Assembly (NCBI GenBank): GCA_048128005.1
Contig: JBEUKZ010000113.1
Location: 1-64,000, forward strand
Reading direction: 5' to 3'
DNA: 64,000 bases
DNA from: Veleropilina oligotropha
Taxonomy: Eukaryota
A program made the position numbers and the translations under genes. The notes beneath the pieces were generated by a model. The model did no database searches. It was given only the letters and a program-made list of their open reading frames with translations, and was not told where the DNA came from. Shown here piece by piece: positions 56,030 through 64,000 of the stretch (positions are counted from its first letter, which is position 1; every line of letters starts with the position of its first letter).

Positions 56030-57551
56030 AAACTGGTGGCATATCATCATACGATTGGTGGTACGCGTGATTGTTCGATCGTCAACTACTGGAGAAGATC
56101 GATCACAAAAGCCATCGTAGGTAGTCTTGCGACTAAAAATGACGACCAGAACCCCGATGAGATATTAAGGCCCCGCGGTCGTGCGTCGGCATCAATAGTC
56201 ACCTGGCGCTCAAGGGATGCACTTCGTCGGACATCTCAACTGCAACCCACAACTTCGTAATATGCTCTACCTCCCAAGATTGGGAAGGGCCGTGGGATGA
56301 TGACCCGCCAGAAACTGATGTCGGGGAGGTTTTAACTGAAATTCGCCCGGTACCGGCCACGCAGGATAATTCCGCCCGGGACATGCCAGCCAAACTACAT
56401 GATACGGTGGCGGGTGGCGACTCAGCAGGGGATGAAGTGGCGACCAAGATAAAAAATGTGTCAGAGCTTGAGCGAACAGTAGATCAGACTCTCTTTGAAT
56501 GGTTCGTCGACCACCCTCTGTTTTGAGCGACGCCAATTAAAATAACCAACATACAAAAAGACCGCCTCCTGGACAAGGAGGGCTGGGAGCTCAACTTGAG
56601 CGATAATTACCTATAGAAACCCATTTCATATCTCAACCAATGTGGGGCACCCGGAAGGAGTAAGCTGTGGTAGCTGTTCACAGTGGTCAAAAACCGTAAG
56701 GTGATGGCCAGCTTGAGCACTGGTTCGAGAGCACGTCGGTAGTTGGTGTCCCGCTTTGTGAGTCTGGGCGGTACTTGGAGAAGCAGTTCGTGGAACGTGC
56801 GCAGTTCCATGCGCATGTCGTTGGGGAAATCGCCCTGTGACACTCATTCTACTTCACTCATCAGATTGATGTAGTTGTCGTATAAGGATCGCCTCTCAAT
56901 CCAGAGACCAGTATTGGCGCCTTCTTTCTTTGAGATGGTTTCTTCATCGGGGAAGTACGACATGGCACCTAGATGTTGATGTTGACCCATCTAAGGCTGG
57001 GCCAACATAAGTTCGAGGAGGCACTAGTACATCCGCCATAGGGATATTTTCTCTTCGCTAGTGGAGAGCAACCTGAATCCCAGAAGCCACTCCAAATTAA
57101 TATGTTGGTCTCGGAAATCTAAAGACTGATGGTATCACTAATCGTTAGGTCGTGCAACCAGTCGGGACAGGTTGTGACTGGTTGCACTACCGATCGTGAG
57201 GTCGTGCGACATGTGACACCATCCATCGTTAGTGGCACGTACATTTGCACGATCAATCGTGAAACTGCTTAACCCGCGATCATAGACGATTGGTGGTGCG
57301 ATCATTCGAGACTGGTCGACAATGGTGGTACGATCATATAAGACTTGTCTGCGACCTCTTGCGAGGTTTTGAAATCGCAGATCAGAAGTTTTGAACATGA
57401 TCATCGGCCTTGCCGCGGCTGATTTTGTTCTGGCGATCACCTACGACCTCTGCGACCAGTAGCGCTATTTCTAAGATTTACCCGCCAATTCCAACATTTT
57501 TCGGTCGCAAATAGGCTGTAGTTTGGTCGCATGCCCGGTGTGACTGGGGCT
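56030..57551 (-). mobile_element. Harbinger/PIF transposon remnant
   Basis: 56607-56843 encodes MRM...FHELL..V.PRLTKRDTNYRRALEP..KLAITLRFL..NSY (Harbinger transposase N-terminus). One end reads gtgtgactggggct. Confidence 0.65.
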
Positions 57552-57689
57552 TCACGCATGATGTCTAAGCCAATTAAAGTGTTAATAACTGTATTGTCAT
57601 ATAACTTTATTGTTTCACACGGCCATGCACCGGACTCCGATAACACTCCGTAGTTATGCCAGCGAGGTGGTATCGGGGTCCAGTGCATT

Positions 57690-58270
57690 ACCATGTGGAA
57701 TGTGCGCAAGGGGGTAGCCGTCTACTCGTTAAAGAGTACGACATACGGAAAGTGGGCCCACAAGAGGTGTAGTGGGGTGCAAGCAGCGAGTGCGACGTTC
57801 CTGTGCAAGGGAGACGTTCCATTGGTGGAGGATGCTGAGGAATGGCGCGTCTCTGTGGAACAAACTGAAGAGTGGGGGGTTGAGAAGACGGCTGGGGTGG
57901 AAGCTGTTGGTGGAGTTGTGAGGAGCAGTCACAGATAATTTGGACATCTGGAGCGGAAGGATGACGCCGACTGGGTGCAGGATGTACCAGGTTCGTCGCG
58001 GATGGGCGAGCTCGTATCGGCAGACCAAGGGAAACGAGGCAGCGCGCTGTGTCCATCAACATGCGACAGATGGGAGTTATCCAGAATTATGCCCAGGACA
58101 GATCCAGATGGAGAGGAGCCATATGAAGGACAAGGGCGCACCCAGCGGTACATGGAAACCTGCCCTTTTCTCCGACATGATCCAGATGGAGAGGAGCCAT
58201 ATGAAGGACAAGGGTGCACCCAGCGGTACATGGAAACCTGCCTTTTTCTCCTACATGATGATTATGACTT
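57690..58270 (+). mobile_element. RTE-clade LINE 3' relic with a 78-bp tandem duplication
   Basis: PCG.C.KGV...KWAHKRCSG and FGHLERKDDADWV remnants. 58101-58178 is repeated at 58179-58256. (ATG)-like tail. Confidence 0.55.
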
Positions 58271-59570
58271 TAACTATTCTCTACTCCAATCATGTTTACT
58301 GTACACAAGAATATTCAGGCAGTAGTGGTATGTTTAGCACATATCAAAGAAGGTGTATTATTAACCTATTAAAGCTGAACAGGTCACCGGATTCGATGTA
58401 TTGACTTTCAGATCAACGGAATCGTTATATTGACCTGCCAAGCAACAAACATGACGTTATAACTAATACCATGCGCTCGCCTTTTGTTCAATGAGAGTGA
58501 CAAAATACGCTGTCCTATCAATATGTATTGATGTCATCAATTTTGGTTTAATAATGTATGCTCTGAATACTGTTATTCAATATATTCAATTATGTGGTGG
58601 ATGTAATTATTTTGATATGTATTGAAATGCAATGCTTATTATGTTCATTGTTTATAACATGTGTTTAATGAAATTATCCTATTATTACTAGTACACTCCC
58701 GTTTGACTGGTGCCATTTTTTACAGCTGGGTTAAAATAATAAATCATTCTATATAATAGTCCCTGTGGATTTCCTAGAAAGCTGGCCAACCTAGAATTAT
58801 TCCATGGGGGGTATATAAATGAAAAAATGACACCAGCCATTTACAGCAGACGGTGTCCACCTATCTCCCTGCCCCCCCCCCCCCTGTATTATTTTTCAGT
58901 TGTTATGATCACAATTGTCCGTAGCTGGTCGGAGAGGGATGGTATCCCCCTGGCGATCGGAATTTCCTCCCGCAATAATATGGACATGTCCTGTTTTGAA
59001 CTTAATGGTTGGAAATATACAGGACATTAACCATCGATCCCGTCCTTTCCCTTTTCACTGTTTAATTTGTATTCGTCTTTTTGAAAATTTGACACATACC
59101 ATGCAGGCGTGTTAATCAGCCAACTCAAAACTGAACGCGTAAGATAAAATAGCAACAAGTCTAGTTGCTTCAACATGGGGCGCTCATTAAGAGCCCCTAT
59201 ATATAAATATGTACACATCTATCACTGTTAGTTAATGTACGGATATTCCATGAATATGTTAGTTAGGTAATTGAAAATGACGTCATCATGAATAGTGAAC
59301 CGCGTTACTGTTCCAGATATAGCTCCTCTTTAATTAATGGCCATCTGCGGTGTCTATTTTGGCGTAGCATTTTTAGTAACCTTGTTAGATGTATCACCGT
59401 ATAATCATTACATGAAGCATGTCCGGCTGCCCAGTTCGTTAACTCATCTGGTCATCTGGAATAAATAACAGCGTATTCAAACATTATGAAACCTAAGTCA
59501 TGATATTAAGTAAATTACCTTAAGGAATCTACTGTGTTTACTCATGAACAGTTACTTTGGAATGTTAGAA

Positions 59571-59844
59571 ACGGAAAATAAAAATTTGATGCTTAATTTC
59601 CTGTATATTTCCAACCATCATTTGGTTCATGCTGGACATGTCCGTATCATCGCGGGAGGAAAGTCCGGTCGCCCGGGGAAACCCGCCCTCTCCGACCAGT
59701 TGCGGACAACTGTGACTCATACCTTGAACAAATAATGTCATGTCTCAACCGAGGTTCGAACCCACTACTGTTCATGTCAGCGGAATCAAGCCAGTGAATT
59801 TTCGGTGTCCACAACCGAATCCACACGACTGACGGAGCGGCCTA
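59571..59844 (-). mobile_element. tRNA-derived SINE, diverged subfamily
   Basis: Same layout as the other copies; TSD TTGGAATGTTAGAA. Confidence 0.8.
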
Positions 59845-60704
59845 TTGGAATGTTAGAACGACAAACGCAGATCGATATGGCATTTTAACTCCCGTTTTCA
59901 TTAAATTACGAATTGCACGGACAGCTTTTGTAGCAATAATGCTTCATTGACCATTATTATAATGTTCAAATCACTAATACACGTCATTGAAGAAATGTTG
60001 CATGACATTTTGTCATGTTGGCACTACCGAAGTTATAAACTTTGTCATTGCGGATTGTTGGGTTGCAACATAATCCCTGATTTACTATTTTACAATAATT
60101 TCACAACGCATGCAACTTAGATAAATATTTGTTTCATATTTGACGAAACATTTGCATTTTTCGATGAAAAATGTGCTTAACGGTAAACCACAATACAAAT
60201 TGTAAATAAATCAATGCCTTACTTACGGATATGTGGATGTTATAAAAAGTTTATTAATATTTCAAAATGGATGAATATGCAGTATTTGCTGTTTATCATA
60301 AAAAATCTTTCTGTTCAATGGAGATTTAAATAACTAATGGAATGCATGCATTTCGTTGAATTTTCATTGGTCCAGGAAATTGCGAACAGAGTATTTTAAT
60401 GTTCTTTGCTATATGTTTGATAAATGATATGACACTTTACCAACTACTCATTTAATGTCATTAACCACTTCTGACGTCTGAGTTTGTCTATAACCGTTAG
60501 TTCCGCAGGTAAGGGACTTCTTCGATATGTTATGAAGGTATCATATTCCCCAAAACGAGTATAAGCCATTAGCAGATTTGTCCACATACATCATTTTCGT
60601 CTTTTCTTACTAAAATGCTGCCACATTTCTGCCACACGGATATTACCCCCGCCCACGTAAAAGTGCGCGAATTGTATTTCAATAGGATCGGAATGCATGT
60701 CTGT

Positions 60705-61256
60705 ATTATTACCTTCGCCCACGTAGTGATGGAAGAAGGTATTGCAATCGAGTCGGTTTGTCTGTCCGTCTGTCCGTGAACATATCTCAACAACCATTCA
60801 TCCGATTTATATCATCTTTGCACACACAGTATGGTCACCCTAAGCTCGGTCCTCTTCAAAGATGATCGAAATCGGACAGCGGATCCGGATTTTATGACGC
60901 AATTTCCTGATTTTCGGATTTTAGGTTATATTTTAACTACCATTGAACCGATTTATCCACTTTTTTGACACAAGATAGGGTCCACCCTAGGATCGGTCCT
61001 CTTCAAATATGATTGGAGTCGGAAAGCGCATCCGGATTTTTTTATGCAATTTACAGTTTCCGCTTTTTCGGCTCTAACTCAACGACCATTGAATAGATTT
61101 ACTCATTTTTTTAAACAAGATAGGGTTCAGTCTATGCTCGGTCCCCATTACATATGATCGGAGTCGGAAAGAAGATCCGGAGTTTATGTCGCCATTTCTA
61201 GATTCCACCATTCTTTGCCACCGGGGCGAAGGTTTGCAATCTCGGATTGCCTTGTT
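60705..61256 (-). mobile_element. HINE/DINE-1-like element
   Basis: Terminal stem accttc...gaaggt, (GTCC/GTCT)n tract, internal tandem subrepeats, and end ggcgaaggtttgcaatctcggattgccttgtt. Confidence 0.6.
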
Positions 61257-62306
61257 ATATATTATGTTTGTCTGTTCGCTTACGTATGTCTGTTCGATAT
61301 ACATTTGTCCGACGTACTTTCAACGTAAAAATCTAACACAACGACATGTATGCCACTAAACTCGGAAAGTTCAAATTATATCCCAATTAATAGCTGGATA
61401 AGGATTTTATGACATCAATTTCGAGTTATATTTGTTAAATTGATGTAAATTTGAACACAAATTACTGATAACATCTTATTTATCTTTAGATAACTTTCGC
61501 CCCCGTAACAGGTTAGATAAATAAATCTATTCAATACAATTCGACGAAGAATTATTACTTACTACTTCGTATTACCCAGTGGTTTAAAACTAATTGAAAG
61601 AATGGACTATATTTCGATATCCGATTTTGAAATGAGTTTGCGGTAGGTTGCCCATTAAATCCCCAATCACGATAGGGCTTTTCTTTTAAGGCCCATTGCG
61701 AATTTTGTACGTTTCTTGCTACAATGTGATCGTTTCAGATAAAAGCTAAGACTTGGGTATGTCAATCAGCGAGCAAATAGAATCATCCCTCGTTCAATAT
61801 AGGAGGAAATTGACAGTTATCCTTAGAAGACTTGCGTGTTTTGTTTTCATTCTGAAACTGAGATAAAATGCACATGCATGCGTATACATGGTTGTATGTT
61901 TGCTGCATGTTTCATGAACATTTTATCTCGAGTTACATCATAAAATGCATTTAAATCGCCCTTCCACTCTTTAGCCCGTTTGCTATTGATTGCTGTTTTG
62001 TCATAATTTGCAGACAAACATTATCGCCGGCGAAAACCCGCCCTTTTCGGCCAGTTACGGACAACTGTGGTTGGTAACTGGACAAGGAATGCAATTACCT
62101 CAATCGAGATTATATTCCTGTTAGACAGATCAGTCAAGCCAGAAATTCAGAGTCACTATTATAAACCACACAGGTGATAGGGAAGCCCCTTCTCTCTCTT
62201 CATCTTTCTGTCTATGTGTGTATGAATTAATGACAGTGAAAGTCAAAGACTTTAATTTCATATTATTTTAATTAAATAATTAAATACGAGACTTTATACA
62301 AATGTC

Positions 62307-62308
<2 letters not shown>

Positions 62309-62373
<65 letters not shown>

Positions 62374-62466
62374 ACATACACACATACACACATACACACA
62401 TACACACATACACACATACACACATACACGCATACACACATACACACATACACACATACACACATA

Positions 62467-62501
<35 letters not shown>
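62309..62501. repeat. (CA)n/(CACATA)n microsatellite
   Basis: Direct reading. Confidence 0.95.
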
Positions 62502-62503
<2 letters not shown>

Positions 62504-63190
62504 CAAGCATCTGCGCAATGTGTAGGTCTTAGTCTGCGTAATTCAAATCCCAAATTGTTCTCCTGACCTGGAGGCAGCCATTATTAACTCCTTCGCATCA
62601 CTCTTGGGTAATTACTGATAATTCCAAGAACTCCATGCGTGTGCCCGCATGTAAAATACCAGGATGCGTTCCGGTTTATTAACGTTAATCCGTGGCATAT
62701 GTTACAGCAGCGAGCTGGGTGTACCAAGGGAGAGCACAATGATGCATGATATAACTCTCAGTCAGCCCGGTGTTGTATAATTTCAAAGTATTTTAGAACT
62801 TGATGTGGTTACGATGGCAAATTCTTGGCGCGGAGTTCTAACAAAGTAAAATGTATTTTCATGAAATGTGTTCGCTATGGTAATAATGCGTTAGAGAAAT
62901 TAACTAGCATATGCAGTAAAAACATCAGGGTAAAGATAATGTTATTGATGGTTCCTGTCCATAATGCTAATTGATTACAGGGGTGTGCGTCTTCTGTTTC
63001 TTATATCAGCTACGTTGTATATTTAGAACAAATATTTTACTTGGCTTGAAATTTAGTATGGCGTCTAATGTAATTTTAATGATGATATCTGAATTATTGT
63101 CGAAACGCGAATTAGCAATTTGATACATATATGTGTGTGTCTCTATGGAATGGGTCGTTGCTTAATGTTCTTTATATTTGCAACACTTAA

Positions 63191-63428
63191 AGGGGCACTT
63201 GCACGAATCTGCGGTGAAAGTGACAAGCTTCCACATTTTTCGAACGAGGCTCTACTAATTTATAAAACTCTTTATCCACGCGACACAGTAGTGAAATATC
63301 GTGTTGTGGTGGAAACGAGCGGTACCAACCGTATCGCTTACGGAAGACGTACTATACATCAGTACAGCCTCAATCGGAAAAATTGGGATATGTCCCTTTC
63401 CTCGCCGTATAACCGTGCAATTGCCCCT
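63191..63428. mobile_element. Short MITE with 15-bp TIRs
   Basis: aggggcacttgcacg ... cgtgcaattgcccct, flanked by TA-rich bases. Confidence 0.5.
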
Positions 63429-64000
63429 TACGGTTTAATCCGGACATGTTTGTCCCAATGAAGACAATTATACTTTAAGCGCGGTGAATATATTCGGAGG
63501 ACTTATATTACACCATCGATAACGATTTATATTTGGGCGTATATTTTACTCTTCGATAACATATATAATAATACAAGGGCTAGCGCCATTCACGTAGAAC
63601 CACCCAGTTCTCGTTCACGGGTGACTATTTCGTAAACTGGTCACTCTGAAATGTTCATGTGAAATCTTGTCTACGTTGTCCACCTTAGACATATTCCATA
63701 TGATACATAGTGATCGAAAGCTGACATTGAACCTCTTGGGTATATATCGTCATTATTTAATACTGGAGTCCGCCGACCACAGAAAAATATTTAAAACCAA
63801 TGCGATATCTATGGAAGACGGATGTGGCCACTCGTTTTCTCGCGCCGCGGGTCATGAAACACGAGAAAACGAGATTAGTGCTAATATCACGAGTTTATCT
63901 ATATTCTCGTTTTCTCGCTATCTCGTTTTCTCGACTTATCAAAGCGGGCGTCGTGAGAAAACGAGGGGAGAAAATGCCAAAACGAGATTATATTTATGCC

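Larger units (their letters stand above)
54400..58885. mobile_element. Old non-autonomous DNA transposon with ~105-bp subterminal inverted repeats and nested insertions
   Basis: 54429-54533 is an imperfect reverse complement of 58758-58862. Confidence 0.65.

Noticed and set aside
62272..62532. CV/HT-repeat ORFs (also 5704-6057 and 42582-42870)
   Set aside because: They are translations of microsatellites.

Overview
AT-rich animal genomic DNA, probably from an invertebrate (the receptor exon has a protostome-type allatotropin/orexin motif), and very rich in repeats. The main feature is a GC-rich endogenous Polinton-like DNA virus of about 24.7 kb (8014-32693). It has ~115-bp terminal inverted repeats (TIRs) that end in G/C homopolymers and a 5-bp target-site duplication (TSD), CTATC. 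It encodes a putative double-jelly-roll major capsid protein, a penton, an A32-type packaging ATPase, a retroviral-type integrase and several membrane or core proteins. In place of a normal pPolB it carries one ~1275-aa replicase that fuses an OTU-like protease, a stripped-down protein-primed PolB palm, an SF1 (RecD/Pif1-like) helicase and an HNH module. The element is a chimera of two related subgenomes. Their virion genes are near-identical, while their integrases and replicases are very divergent. It also carries a secreted cystine-knot-like protein and an unannotated (KAPA)n histone-H1-like ORF, and it splits a host ORF that rejoins in frame when the element is removed. The rest of the window holds a near-full-length CR1/L2-group LINE, L2 and RTE relics, a Merlin transposon with an 8-bp TSD, Kolobok-like and other MITEs, HINE/DINE-1-like elements, a tRNA-derived V-type SINE family and the first coding exon of an orexin/allatotropin receptor. 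All protein assignments come from motif reading by eye; no database searches were run.
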